64,000 nt of DNA from Piromyces finnis finn (GCA_002104945.1 MCFH01000022.1:372001-436000), one strand, 5' to 3'; numbered from the stretch's first letter, positions 1 to 14,661 are shown. The notes: generated from the letters alone by a model not told the origin. A program made the numbers and translations.

Positions 1-3000
1 GTCATGTTTTTGATCTGTTTTTTCTAATTCGCATGATTCTTTTAAATTTAGCATTCTAACATCATTATCAATAGTACCTAATATAATAGAATCTAAATGA
101 GGAACCCATGATGCGGTTATAAAGAAAGCTATATACATTATAAATTAATTAGCAATTATTTTAGCAAAATAAAATTATACCACATAATAGATAAACAAAA
201 AATAAATTTCATTTTATTCTCTATCCTAAATATATATATATTTAAAAAATTACTTAAAAAATACCTCTTAATCGAACCAAAGTTGAATTAGACCAAGGAT
301 CTCTTATATCATATATACAGAGTTTTCCATCATTACTGCATGATACTAAAAGTGATGGCTCACTAATATCGCTTTCAGATTCAACTACTTTTCCCCAATA
401 ATGTTGTTGTGTTGCTTTTATTTCATCGTAAAATTCAATCTTTTGAATACAAGCATCATGTGCAGAGAAAAATAAATAAGGCTCTTTAAAATATATACAA
501 AATAAAATAATTAAAATATTAATTCTTAAAAAATTCTAATAAAAAGAGGATATGATGGAAATATTCTTGAAATATTTTACCTGAAACTTCATCTCTTTTA
601 GGTTTAGAAGATAATAATTTTTGAATGTTATAAACTGCTACACAGCCGTTTGTACAAGCTACCGCCAATAATTTAGAATGACCCCATGTGAATCGCCATA
701 ATGATGTATCAGGATGACTAAATTGTAAAGCTGGAGTCAATTTTACTAATAGTATATAATGAAATTTAAAATAAAAGTTAATAATTTAAGGTATTAAATA
801 ATCAAATGATCAAATATTAAAAAAATAATAATAATTATGAATACCATAGAGTGGTTTATCTTTATTCACTTTATAATGTTTTTTTAAAGTATGTGGATGA
901 GGAATAATAAAAATCTTAGTAGAACCATCACCAAATGCAGCTGCTAAAATACCTAATCTTGGTAATGTATTTTTTCCAATAGATGGATCTTTGTTTTTTT
1001 TCTATTATTCAATAAATGTAAATAAATAAATACAAACAATTAAGAAAATAATATATTACACTTGGATTAAATAATAAAATACAAAAAATGTAGTATTTAC
1101 CTTTGTTTCAAATAAAGTTTCTTGTTCATAACCACCGTAAGGACACCATTTTAAATCACATACATATCCATAATCATGAAGTAATACTAAATCCAAAAAT
1201 GGAGGTTGAGTTTCATCATTATTTTGATCACTTATTTTTCCAACATTCCAAATCTGAATACACCCTTTTTCACTTTTTTTTTCACCAATAACATAATGCT
1301 TATCTGTTGTTCCATTATAACCTCCAACAGCAACAAATTGCGTTTCTTTAAATAAAAAAAAATAAGATATAAATATCATTTTTTGATTAATAAACTACAA
1401 AATAAAAAAAAAAAAATTTCACTTTTTATATTTCTTATACCTTTTCCGACAATTGGACACCAATCAAGACCCCAAACTGAACCACCTGTGTTTAATATAT
1501 ATCCATAATGATCTGAATTTTCTTTGTTATTAAAAAAATAAATAAAAGTAGTGTTAGTACTTTTAATTTATATGTAGTATTAAATGCTTATTAAAAAAAA
1601 TAGATCAATGACACTTTGTTACTTACTACATTGAGTTGCTTTTAATGGATTAACAATCTCTTCACTCTCTTTTTTGGATTTTCTATTTACGAATTTAACT
1701 GAAATTTTTTCTGCATAATTTGTATATTCTTTTATAGTTCTATCATATAGTAAATATAAAAAATTATTAGTATTATTATTACTGCTAGTGTTAAAGGAAT
1801 TGCGATTTTATTTATATTATAAAAAGTTTTCTTATTCGTAATTACTTTTCAGATACTCTCTCAAAATCATTAACACTTGGCCGTACATTTTCATAAGCCA
1901 TTGTTTTCCATTCAAAAACATTCTTTTTTACATTAATTTGATATGATTTGTTAGGGAATGGAGAATAGATTTTTGTCTTTTCATTTTTGGTAATATTCAG
2001 TCTTTTAAAGACAGGTAATTCTTCTTTACGTTTAAAATTTAATTTCAAAGGAAATTCTCCAAAGAATGAAATATCTAATTTACGATTGGCCACCATAAAG
2101 CTGTATTTTTTTGTTGTTTCAAAAAAATAATCTGTTAATTGTAACTGTTTATATAATCTTATTGCATCACTGTTAGAAAGGACTATTCCAATAAGTAATA
2201 TTAAATAATTCATAATTAAAACAAATTAGCATTACAATTTATATTATATATTATTATTAATTATATACATAATACATTTATATATGTAAAAAAAATCATA
2301 AATAAAAATAATGTTAAACATTTAAAAATAAATATTTGAAAATTATGTATATAAAATGTAAACTTTATTATGATAAAAATTACTACTTACATAAATATTT
2401 TTCTATATAACGACGTTCTATAAATGAAGATATATCATGGAAGCATGATGCAATATGTTTAACTAAATCTTCACAAGTATTGAATGATTCATTACACGAA
2501 GGGAAAAAGCATTTAAAATTATTGTTACTAACACTACATTTAAATATTTTTAATGTATTATGTTCATTGGAACTGTTTGCTGACATTTGTTCACTATCTG
2601 GTTCAGTTTTGATATTTTTCATCGGAGTATCATTCGGATTCTCTGTGAAGAAATTCTGTATAGATACCGCTTGAGAATCTGATACTGAATTTGATTTTAA
2701 TTTTCTTCTCTTAGTTTTGGAAGTTGTATTAGGCTTTGGTGAAGTTGGGGTTGATGAAATAGAAATTGGTGAAGACACTTCAGATGGTATCTGATTAAAA
2801 TATAAAGTAATTTTAGAAGTGCTTTTACTTTGTTGTTTTTCAATTTGTGAAAAAGTAGCCGTTGAGGTTTTTGTGGGTGTTACTGTGGTAGGGGTGGTAG
2901 TGGTATTATTTTTATTCTTTGGGGGTCTTCCTCTTTTTCTTTTGGGGGGTATCTGAGGAACAGATGATATTGGAGTTTCACTCTTAATATCACTATCCTT

Positions 3001-3972
3001 ATTAGCAATTTTGGTATATTGAGAAGAATTATCATTATTATTAGTAGTAGAAGGAAGAGTTGTATTACTAGTAGTAGTAGTAGTAGTATCATTATTATTA
3101 TTAGTGGTAGTATTATTATTATTAGTAGTAGTAGTAGTAGTAGTAGTAGTATTATTATTAGTAGTAGTAGTAGTAGTAGTAGTATTGTTATATTGTGATT
3201 TACGACGATTAGGTATAACAGTATCGTCATCAGCAGTAGGTGAATTAAGAATCATTTGTGTGTATGATTCATTTTCAATTTTTTTATTATTTTTCATTTC
3301 TTTTTGGATATATGTAGCATAACTTTTCTGAATTGATTTTGTTATGGGTATCATAAATCCCAATTCTAAAGTTTTAATTATAATTTCAGATAAATCACGT
3401 GTGACTTCTTCATAATTTATAGTAGGTTGATTAGAAAAATCATCGTTACTAGCATCCATTGTACTATTAGTATTATTTACGTCAGTCATAACCGTATCAG
3501 AACATTCTGATTCATAATTAAATTCAAATTCTGAACATTCACTGTAATTTTGGAGTTGTTTTTTTCTATTTCTATAAAATTCATTACTATCTAATAATTC
3601 TGTTCCATTATTTGAAAAATGTGCCTTTTGTAATTCCAAAATTTCTTTTTCAGATTTATCCACATTATCATTTTCTTCACTATCAGATTCTAATAAAATA
3701 TTTATTTTTGGTCTTGTTGAATTTTTATTTTCCTTTTTAATAATTGGACTTTTTCTTTTTTGAGTTGGTTTCTTTTTTAATTTAGATTTTTGCTCTTCAA
3801 CTTCCATTTTCATTTCTTCCTCTGGCTCTTCTTCTTCTTCAATTTCTGACATTGAATCAAATTCCTCTTCTTCTTCTTGCCCTGATTCTTCTTTATATTC
3901 ATCTTCACTTCCACTTGACTCTGTACGGTCTAATTCTTTAAAACTTATTTTTTTTTTTTCTCTTAATTTCAT
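1..3972 (-). CDS. TFC6: TFIIIC WD40 subunit (Tfc6/GTF3C2-like) with N-terminal AT-hook and C2H2-like finger; multi-exon, 3' end beyond the window
   Basis: ORF 2383-3972 has an AT-hook (KRKRGRPPK) and a GTAAGT donor near 2390, just before its apparent stop; an acceptor (ctaacag) follows near 2170. Downstream exons give WD40 motifs typical of Tfc6/GTF3C2: FWGLDWCP, HDYGYVCDLKWCPYG, LGILAAAFGDGS, LWRFTWGHSKLLAVACTNGCVAVYNI. The frame is still open at base 1. Confidence 0.75.
3052..3190 (-). repeat. Coding trinucleotide microsatellite (ACT/AAT)n giving poly-Thr/poly-Asn in the Tfc6-like protein
   Basis: Runs of gtagta and ttatta on the + strand; translation NNTTTTTTTTNNNTTTT. This explains the spurious poly-L/poly-V ORFs 2880-3230 and 3104-3322. 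Confidence 0.9.
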
Positions 3973-5446
3973 ATTATATTTTACTGATTTACTTAACTTT
4001 TATTAATATATATATATAAACGATTCTCCAAATTTATATATTTGAAAAATCTAAAAAAAAAAAAAAAAAAAAATATTTAATTATTAAACTATTTATTTTA
4101 TTATTAATCTTGTTGGATGTATGAAATGGACAATATTAAATTTAAATGAAATTTCATTAAAACTAATATAGATTTCTAATACATAATATTTATGCAATAA
4201 TCAACACACTATTAAAAAGTATTTAATATATCAATTATTGTTTTTTTGTTGTATTTTTTAATATAATTTATAATTAATATGATTATAAAATATATATATA
4301 TAACTATTATAATAGTTTTTTATTTTTTTTTTTTTTTAAAATCTACTATTATAATAAAAATTGTTAATATGTTTGATACACTTTTATTTAAATTGTAATT
4401 TGTATAATTGTTATTATGATTATAATATTAAAATTGATTAAATGATTAAATTGATTTTATTTTATATAATACTTTTATATATTATATACTAATTAAATTA
4501 TTTTTTCATTTTTTTATAAAATATTAATTAAAACTTGCTAAATATAAGAATTTGATTTTGTTTTTAAATGTTTTTTTAATACTCATAAAAAACTTAAATT
4601 ATCATTTGAAGTAAAATTAAAGAGTACTGTTTTATTTATGTAATTTTGTTGCCTTCATTATAAAAAATAGATTTAACATTTATATTTTTATATTATAATC
4701 GTATATATATAAATGATATTAATATACGATTGATTTTTCAAAACAAAAAAAAAAAAAAAAATTATTAATATTCAAAAAAGATAACATCCATATTAACTTT
4801 ATGTATGTCTATTATATAATAAGTATAACCACTGCGCTGTAAATCAAAATACTTCAGGGAATGCATTAAGCAATTAGGCTCTTTCTTTATCCATTCCATA
4901 TTTAATTTACACTTTTCTATATATCAAATTTATATTTATATAATTAATAATTAATATTGAAAATAAATATATATATATATTTATAGAGTACTTGATAATT
5001 AATTAAAAAACCTAACTAAATATCAGATATTATAAATAGATTTTTAATAAAAGGATGGAAAAACTTATGATGATAAACAAATAACTACTTATAAAATTGT
5101 TAAATATCAAAAATGCAATTTATATGAATATTATTTCTATTCAATGGTTAAAGAAAATAGAGTTTTTTATATAATATATATCTAACCCTTACAACAACCC
5201 TTTAAGGGTTAAATTAATTAATATTGAAATTAAAATTAAGTGTAACACAAAGAATTTTTAAACTTTAAAATTTCAATCTTTAAATACAATATGAAATAAT
5301 ATATATATTACATATATTACAAAGTGTATATGATTAGTCAATATGTTTTAATAAAATGTTTTATATATATATATATTTTTTTTTTAATTTTTTTTTTTTT
5401 ATTACAAATTTAAAATTATAGCTTTAAAAATATATAATTAGTGAAA

Positions 5447-6456
5447 ATGCCAGGAATTAATAGTAAATTTGCAGAATCTCAATTAAAAAAATACGGATGG
5501 TCAAAGTAAAAATTAATTAATGAAATATAATTAAATGAATGATTAGTTATTAATTATAAATTTAATTATTTATAGAGGAGATGGTTTAGGTAAGAATAAG
5601 CAAGGTATAAAGAAAGCAATTTCTGTTGGAATAAAAAATGATACCAATGGTCTTGGTAAAGATACAAATTCCTGGGGATTTGCTTGGTGGGATCATGTAT
5701 ATAATAAAAGTGCTGCTAATATGAATATAGAAAAAACTGAAGATGGGGTATATATAATATTATTAAAAAATAATAAAATTAAATTTTTATTTTAATAATA
5801 TTTTTTTAATGTTTGTATTTATATTTTTTTTATATTAAAATTATTTTAAATATATATAAATATTTTAAATAATAATAACTCAATAATAGGAAGTAAAAAT
5901 TACTAAAACTGAAAGTAATAAAGATAAACAAAATAAAGTATTATATGGTGCATTTGTTAAAAAGGATGAAATGTAAGTCGATTTAATTAATAAATACTAT
6001 AAAATTTAATTAAAATAATTCTAATTTAAAATAAATTTTATAAATTTATTATTATATTTTTTGTATTCAACTAATATTAGTACCGATGAAGATAAAAAGG
6101 ATTATAGTATAAAGATTTCAGATGAAGAATTATTTAAAGCCTGTGAAGGTCGTACCGCAAGAAAGGGTGCTATTTATGATCAATCAGGAAAATATCAAAG
6201 AGTTGATCCACAAAAGTTATTAGGTGTTCAAACAAGTAAAGATGAAGATGACGTTAATGTAGAAAAAAAGAAAGAAAAAAAGGAAAAGCACAAAAAAGAT
6301 AAGAAGGATAAGAAACATAAAAAGGAAGAAAAAGATGATAAAAAGGAAAAGAAACATAAAAAAGATAAGAAAGAAAAGAAAGAAAAGAAAGATAAGAAAA
6401 GAAAATCAGAGAGTAGTGAATCAAATTCAAAGAAATTCAAAAAACAAAAGAATTAA
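5447..6456 (+). CDS. G-patch domain protein, GPATCH4/Tma23-like (probable ribosome biogenesis), Lys-rich tail; multi-exon
   Basis: ATG at 5447. Spliced translation MPGINSKFAESQLKKYGWSKGDGLGKNKQGIKKAISVGIKNDTNGLGKDTNSWGFAWWDHVYNKSA is a G-patch plus the WW motif. It also has SDEELFKACEGRTARKGA and a KKEKK/KKDKK tail ending at 6456. Confidence 0.85.
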
Positions 6457-6943
6457 AATATCAATGCACATTATTCATTTGTCTATTTATAAAGAATTAC
6501 TATATTGAAATTAACTTATGGGAAATTGTTGATTATACATTTGTTGGTTTTATATACGAATAATATATTATTTAAATTAATTTTTATTAATTAATCATTT
6601 TTTATTATACTATTTTTATTACTAAAAAGAATATAGAGAAATTATAGATATAAATTATTATTATATATGTTTTTATTTTACCTTACATTATTTGTATATA
6701 ATAAAGATAACTATTGAATTTATAATTTACATTTAGACATATTAAATATGTTTATATATTATATAAACATTAACATTAATTGAATAAACTTGATAAAGTA
6801 ATATAAAAATTAAATAATTTATTTTTATTTTTCATATTTGATATAAAATCTTTTTTTTTAAATGAAGAAATTGAAGTTTTTTTGTTTTATATTTCTTTTT
6901 TCATTGTATAAATTCAATAATTTATTTATTTTTAAATTTCTGA

Positions 6944-6948
6944 CCAAT
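6944..6948 (+). promoter_or_regulatory. CCAAT box upstream of LTN1
   Basis: TGACCAATCAAA about 415 bp before the ATG. Nearly identical contexts occur at 56958 (TGACCAATAAAA) and on the minus strand at 38726-38730 (TAACCAATAAAA). Confidence 0.4.
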
Positions 6949-7361
6949 CAAATAATCAAAATCAATTTGTTGGTAAAAATAAATTAGACAATTAAAATGT
7001 GGTTTAGTTGTGGTGGTGGAATAAAAAATATGGTATATACAAAATTATATGGAAGATTCATAATTATTAATAATATATAATATTTAAAATTTTAAAAAAA
7101 AAATATTTTTCTAGACTTACATTTAATAGAATAAAGTTCAATAGGATTTTATGTAATCTTATTTTTTTTATAATTATCATTAATATTTTTGTAATTTTAA
7201 ATAATTTTAAATATAATATATCATTACTATTTTATTAACAAATGCTTTAATTTGTTTATATTCAAATTTAATATTAACATTAAAAGTTCAATAATAAATT
7301 CTATACCGAGATTTCACATTATTATTTTTAGAAAGGTGAAATTATAACATATTTTATTAAA

Positions 7362-8148
7362 ATGGGTAAGAAGGATAGAGTTAAGGGAAATTTTAAGTCT
7401 TCAAGTAGCAGGTAATTTAATATAATTTTTATTCTTAAACTGATAAATTATGGATTTATTTAAAATTATATTTAATTTGTTATTGAAATTCAATAATTTT
7501 ATAAAATGATTAAAATAATTTATTAATTAAACATTAACTGTAAAAAAAACAATTTATATTTATATAGCCGTGCTGCAGAACTTCTTGGAGGAGCAAATTT
7601 CTCTTCTTTGGCAGCAAATTTTTCTTCATTTTCATTTGGAAATACTTTAGTTGATGAATTTGAAGGTGTTAATGAAGATTTAAAGGTATTTTAAATATTA
7701 TATATATATATTTTCTCAATGAAATAAATTAGAAATCTCAATGATATATTAATTTTTATATTTATGTATTTTCATGTTTTAATTCAAATTCAAAAATCTT
7801 TTAATAATTTCAAATGTTGGAATTTAATTATTATCAATTTTTAAATGAAGGTTATGTTAAAAAAATTAAATAAAAGAGATTCAACAACAAAAATTAGAGC
7901 ATTAGAAGAAATTTGTCAATATTTAAATTCACAATCTAATGATACCGAAATTAAAAGCTTATTACCTGGATGGGTATAATTTTTTTTTTTCTTTAATATA
8001 GTATATTTTTTTCTAATTAAAAATCTAACATATATTTATTATAACTATAATTAGCCAAAATTATATTCAAAAATTAGTATTGATGTTGATAGGTAAAATA
8101 AAAATATGCAATTTAATATTTATTTATTTTATATATAATTAATAATTC

Positions 8149-8193
<45 letters not shown>

Positions 8194-8582
8194 TTTATTA
8201 ATATTTTATACTTTAATATATAAAATTTAAAAAACAAAAAGACGTGTAAGAATTTTAATTGGAAATGCACATTTAATAATAGTTAAAACACTTAAAAAGA
8301 AAATTGCTCCACATTTAAAAGAATTAATAGGTCCTTGGATTTGTAGTACATTTGATCCATGTCCCGATGTTTGTAGAGTAGCAAAGGAAGCTTATAATGT
8401 AATTATTTTTATATTTCATTTATTATTATTTTTAAATATAATTATAGAGAAAATTTAAATATTGTAATTTAAATTTATATTGTATTAAATAAATTATTTT
8501 TTTTTCTAAATAATTATTAAACAACAATCACAATTAAACATTAATAATATAACAAACAAACAAACAAACAAACAAACACACA

Positions 8583-8617
<35 letters not shown>

Positions 8618-11600
8618 AAACATAAATAAATATAATATATATATAAATTTGTGGAATATTTAATGAATATTAATAATAATGAAGTTGGCATTTCCTTCCA
8701 AGCCTTTAGAAGCATTAACATTTTGTCAAGAAGATATTTTAAACTATATATCAGAAAATCTATTTGAAAAAACTCCAGAACAATTAAGTGATCCACGATT
8801 CTATTCAAAAGAAGAAATTATGATGAAATATTCAAGATTTATAGTAACATCACTTTATTCTTTAATTTATTTATTAGGTATTATAGGATATAATAGTGTA
8901 TATATATTTATAGAAAAGCTTTTAAAATCAAATATGTTTATTATATATTAATTCTATTAATAAAATAATCAAATATTATTTAGAAAAATTACCAAAGTTA
9001 TCTATTCAAAAATGTCAAGATCAATATGATTATATCTTTAGTAATAAACAGTTATGGAATTTTGCTACTTATGATGATATTCCTATTAGAAAAGCAGTTT
9101 ATAATTTAATTAAATCTTTATGTTTATATAATCCAGGTAATATATGTATTTCTTTTAATAAAATGAAACTTATTAGTTTTAATTAATTAATTAATTGATA
9201 TATATTTTATTATTAAATATCAATTAATATATATTCATAAGATGTAATACAATGTCAATTAGCTATTTTAAGTCCTATTTTCCCAGGAAAGATTTTCAGT
9301 GAAAAGGATAGTTCAATATATGGTGATGCTTGGGAAACTTTGGTTTTAATAACAAAGGGTAAGAATTAAATATGATATTAGATATTATAAAGTGATAATA
9401 GAAAAAAATTAATATTTTCTTTTTTTTTATATAGAATCACCTGATTCATGGATTATGGCTTCTCATAAAAAACCATTAATTAATAAATTTTTCAATTATT
9501 TAAAGACTGGTTCATGTTTATCCATTGAAATTGTTTATCCATGTTTAATTACATTGTTAGATAATCTACCTTCACTTGTAAGTATAAAATAAGTTGAAAT
9601 TAATATAAATTTTTAATTTAGATTTAATGGCTCATTTTTATTTTTATGTTTATATTATTTTTTTTTTTAAATTATACAAAAGATAACTGAAAAAGAAAAC
9701 TTTTATCATGAATTTTTTGAAAACTTCTGGAAAGGTTATTCAAATCAAAGAATGAGAATTAATAATTCAAAAATATTTATGAATTCTTATTTGGAATGTA
9801 TATTTTATGTTTTAGCAAAAAGGTAATTATTCATCCTAATTATTAATTATTAAATTATTGTAGTATATGTAAATATATTTTAATAAATATTATAATATTT
9901 ATATATTCACTATATTTAAGTAATAATGATGAATTAATAAAAGAATTAATTGAACATGAATTTTTGGATATTGTTAAATATACTATTGAAACTTTCTCAG
10001 TAAATATCAAAAATATATAATTATTCTTAAAATTGTATCTATATCGTTTTTAACAATTTAATTTCTTTTATTATATCTTTTAGAATAATGAGCTAAAGGG
10101 ACTTTTCAATTCTAATGAATTAATCGATTTAGTTTCAACTTTTATCAGTAATATGAAAATTTCTAAAAAAATTGATGGTAATAATAATATTATTATTTAT
10201 ATTAATTATATTTTTAAATAGAAATATATATACATTTATTTATTTCATATTTTCATGTCTATTTTAGATTCACTATTTGAGTTTTTCAATGAAAATTACA
10301 AAAACTTATTAATAGACAAATTAATTAATGTTGATGAATCATCTATCTCAAAAGAAAATTTCATATCAACCTGTCAAGTTTCTTCCACATTATTAATTGA
10401 AACATACAAAAAATGTTCAAAGCACATGAAAAATTCAAATAGGCAAACTGTATATATATATATATATATATATTATATTATATTATTTATTTTTTAATTA
10501 GTAGATTATAAAATTAATTTTTTTTTCTTGTTTTGTTTTTATTAAACTTAAACAGTATTCAGAAGAAATTTTATCAGTTTTATTTGAAAAAATGATACAT
10601 AATATGAAGTTAAATGGTAAAAAATATGTAAATAAAAACAATGATATCATAGTTATTATTATTAATTTCTTATCATTTATTTGTAATTTTTAGATTTATT
10701 ATCCGGATATTCTGTTTTTATTTCCAATACTGTTTTAGTATTACCACATTTAATTGAATCAGAATCTATAATGGGTCATTTAGATAAAATATTTAATGAT
10801 GAATTATTACAGATTATTGGTAATTCCACATTATTACTTAATAATCTTTACTGTTTAATATCAGAATATCTTAGAGTTTTATCCAAAAATAACGAACAAG
10901 AAAAATTAAATAATACTTGGGATAATGTTATTAGTACTATTTTATGTCAAGAAAGAAACAACTACCTATCTATTTTAAGCAGTTTACTTGAACATGTAAG
11001 TATTATTAAATGAAGATTAAATAATATATATATTTAATAAACTATTGATATTAAATGTAAATAGATAATATTATTGATTATTATTACTAATAATATCATA
11101 TAATATTATAGGTTAAAATGAAAAACATAAAGAATGACTTTTCTTTACAAAAATTAGATCAAGTTATAATTGATATAATTAATAATAATGAATTTAATAA
11201 TAGTAAAACTGCATCTAAATTAGTTTCTACATGTTTATCATGTTATAACACCGGTAATAATACTAATTAATTTTCATTTTTTAACTTATTTTTTTTTTAT
11301 TTTTTTATTTATTTTATTTATTTACTATTACTATTGAATTAATGTTTTATATTTAAATATATTTCGTAACTGTTTATTTATTAATATTCACTTATAATTT
11401 AGATCTCAAGTTTATATCTGATTCCACTGTAGATATTTGTATTAAGAAAATCGTAGATGAATTTAATTATTTCAGCTCTTCCAACTATTATTCTCTTGTT
11501 GATGATAAATTCAGTGTTTCCTCACTTCTTTCTGTTATTGAACTTTTAAATATTCTTGACGATATTTCTAAATTAAAGGGTTCTTTAATTGCTCACTTAC

Positions 11601-14600
11601 CAAAGAACTATTGTTTTGATATTATATCCAAAATTTTAAGCTTTTTAAGTTTTTCTGTCAATTTTTCTGAATATGTTGAAAGTGAAGAGGATGAAAATTA
11701 TTCACATGATAGTATCATTGAATTGATACATGTTTTTAATCAACTATCCAAAACTATTTGGGATAACTTAAAGTTTGATATAAAACAAGGAGGTGGCAAT
11801 GCTAGTGAAGTTAAGGAATTAATTAGTTTCTTAATGTCATATAGAAATGCTATTTTCAAGGATATTAGTCATCATGGAAGGTAAAAAAAAAAAAAAAAAG
11901 AAAAGAAAAAAAAAAAATATGAAAATTTTTATAATTATTATTAATTTAATTTGTTTATTTATTAATTTTTATCAGTCCTACTGAATTTTCAAATCAAGTT
12001 AAAGAAATACTTTCTTTAACAAAAGATCCAGAAGAAAAAGAAAATATTATTAATAAATCTATTATGTCTAATCAAGAATATTGGAAAAACTTAAGTAAAT
12101 CATATTTAGTTGATGATATTCTTCTTGCTGTTAATAAAAATCAATCAAAACTTACTACCTTTGCTAATACAAATATAGATAATAATGAAGAATCTGTTCT
12201 TTATGATATTTATGGTTTATCATATTATGCTAGATTAGCCATATTTACCTTGAATTTGATTAAAGAAATTGGTATTCCAGTCTTTTTCAAAAAGAATAAT
12301 GATGGTGTTAGATCTAGACTTTGGATTATTAATGAATTAATTTTAGTTCAAAACATATTAAATAATTCTAATTTATTAAAGAAAACAACTAATTCTATTA
12401 TTTCTTCAGAAAGTCTTCAAGCTGATTCCTTCCAATATGATATTAGTGGAATTATTGATAGTCTAACTTCAAAAGAAAAAATTCAAATGACTGATAATGA
12501 AGAAGATGATGAAGAAACAGTTGATAGAAAGAGTGAAATTGAAGAAGAAGAATATGATGAAGAAATGGCTGATATATATTGGGATACTATTATTAACTTA
12601 ATTAACTTTGATGAAGATATTGAAGTTGAAGATCATGATGTTATTATTACATTAATTGCCAATGCTTTTAATATTATTAAGAAAACAGGTTATCCATATT
12701 CATCTGTATTTAATACATTGTTAGAATATGCTTTAAAAAGATATGAAATATCTGAAGAGCATGCTGAAATTCTTCTTACTGAAGTAGTTGAACCTATTAT
12801 CTTTATTAATGATGAAATTGGTATATTTGTTGCATTACCATTATTATCTATGTTAAGATCATATTTAGATGATACTAAGGCTTTTACTATGTTTAAGAGA
12901 CGACTTGTAGATAAAATAACAGATTATCAATATTCTGATATCATTAATTCTAATAATAGTGGTGTTTACAATGATGTATTAAAATCATTTATTTATTTGA
13001 ATGCATGCTCCTCCAATATCAAAGATTTACTTGATGAAGATTTAGATGATGAAGAATATATGTTTTTACCTCAACAACAAACTATGTTTTTAATTAAGAC
13101 TATTATGGGCTGGTTTGAAGGTGAAGGATGCTTCAATGCTCTTGATGAGAAAATTAATGCTGAATTATGTCAATTATTAAATGTTTTATTACTCTCTCTT
13201 TGTGAAGTATCTGGTAATCATTGGAATTTCATCATAGAACTTTGTATTTTCAATTTAAAGAATGCTGACTGGAATAGTTCAACAGGAAAGGTTTTAATAT
13301 ACAACACTGTTAACATTATTCTTTCTATTCAAGTTCTCTCAGAAGGTGAAAGATCTATTGACGCTTTATTAGAATCATTTGAAGAATATGAAAGTGAAAT
13401 ATATGAATTATTATTATCATTATTAATTCTTTTATGTAGTAAATCTGAAAGTATAGCAAATATTATGCCATCAATTCCATTAAGTCTTATTCAATCTTCA
13501 TTAGCTAAGGCATGTAGTTATATACCAGAAGAAATATTATTTGAACAAACTTGTTTCAATGAATTATGTTCTGTATTAAATACCTTAAATTCAGATGTTC
13601 AAGTCATTGCTTGTACTCTTCTTTTACGCATTACTAAGAATGTTATTCAAACTCAATCTTTAAAAATTGAAACTAAAGGTCCCGATGGTAATGAAGCTAT
13701 ACCTGATTCATTATTAAGTATTGCTTCTAGAACACCAAAAATTATTGATCGCGAATTTAAGTTTGTCGATAATGATGCTAATTCACACAAAATTCTTGGT
13801 TATTTATTATCTTGGATGATTATTTTAGAATATTTCAATGATGCTACTTTTGAACTTAAATCTATCTATACCACTCAATTTAGACAACAAAATAATTTAT
13901 TAAATAATTTTATGGTATTAATATGTAATATATTAAGTATTGGAAAGAATGATGATCAAGCATTTGATATTTCAAATTGGGATGTTGATGAATTTGACGT
14001 TGAAACCTTTGAACCAAACGAAATTTCTATTTGTGTATTATCAACACATTTATATTGGAAGGCTCTTAAGAATATTTCATCTCTTGTACGTACTTGGTGG
14101 AACGAAATAAAGAACAGACAATTAAGTATTGCTTTTGAACAATATACAAAGAAATACATTACTCCATTATTAGTTGCAAATGAAATGAATTCTGTTATTG
14201 ATTCTGATCGTTCACAATATGAGAACCTTGTTATCAAAGCAAATAAATCAAGAAATGAAATTATTGCTCAATATGTTATTCCAAGTGAAGAATCCTATTT
14301 AGATATTATCATTCGTATTCCACCAGATTATCCATTAAAACAAGTCCATATTGATGGTGGTCAAAAGACAGGAGTTCAAGAATCTCGTTGGAGATCATGG
14401 CTTTTATCTTCATCTGCTGTTATGGTTGCACAAAATGGTAATATTATGGATTCTATTTTAGTATTTTATAATAATGTAAAATTACACTTTGAAGGTGTTG
14501 AGGAATGTACCATTTGCTATTCTATTATTGGTGTTATTGATCGTCAATTACCAAATAAACGTTGTAGAACTTGTAAAAACAAGTTCCATGCTGCTTGTCT

Positions 14601-14661
14601 TCATAAGTGGTTCCAAACTTCTAACCAAGCTACCTGTCCATTATGTAGAAGTCAATTTTAA
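7362..14661 (+). CDS. LTN1: Listerin E3 ubiquitin ligase (ribosome quality control); many short 5' exons and a 2.7-kb terminal exon
   Basis: N-terminus MGKKDRVKGNFKSSSSSRAAELL...LKKLNKRDSTTKIRALEE...DRRVR...IAPHLKELIGPWICSTFDP is the conserved Ltn1 N-terminal domain. The C-terminus has an RWD-like region (IRIPPDYPLKQV...VQESRWRSW) and the RING EECTICYS...CRTCKNKFHAACLHKWFQTSNQATCPLCR. Confidence 0.97.

Noticed and set aside
2480-3322. Antisense/alternate-frame ORFs over the Tfc6-like exon (2480-2674, 2880-3230, 3104-3322)
   Set aside because: By-products of stop-poor trinucleotide repeats and codon bias; the poly-L/V/I translations have no independent gene signals.
4820-4900. GC-enriched patch between TFC6 and the G-patch gene, considered as a tRNA or snoRNA
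   Set aside because: No T-loop GTTCRA, cloverleaf, or convincing C/D or H/ACA box pair could be found by eye.
8506-8808. Minus-strand ORF with poly-F and CV repeats
   Set aside because: Translation of an intronic compound microsatellite (CAAA)n(CA)n(A)n inside LTN1.
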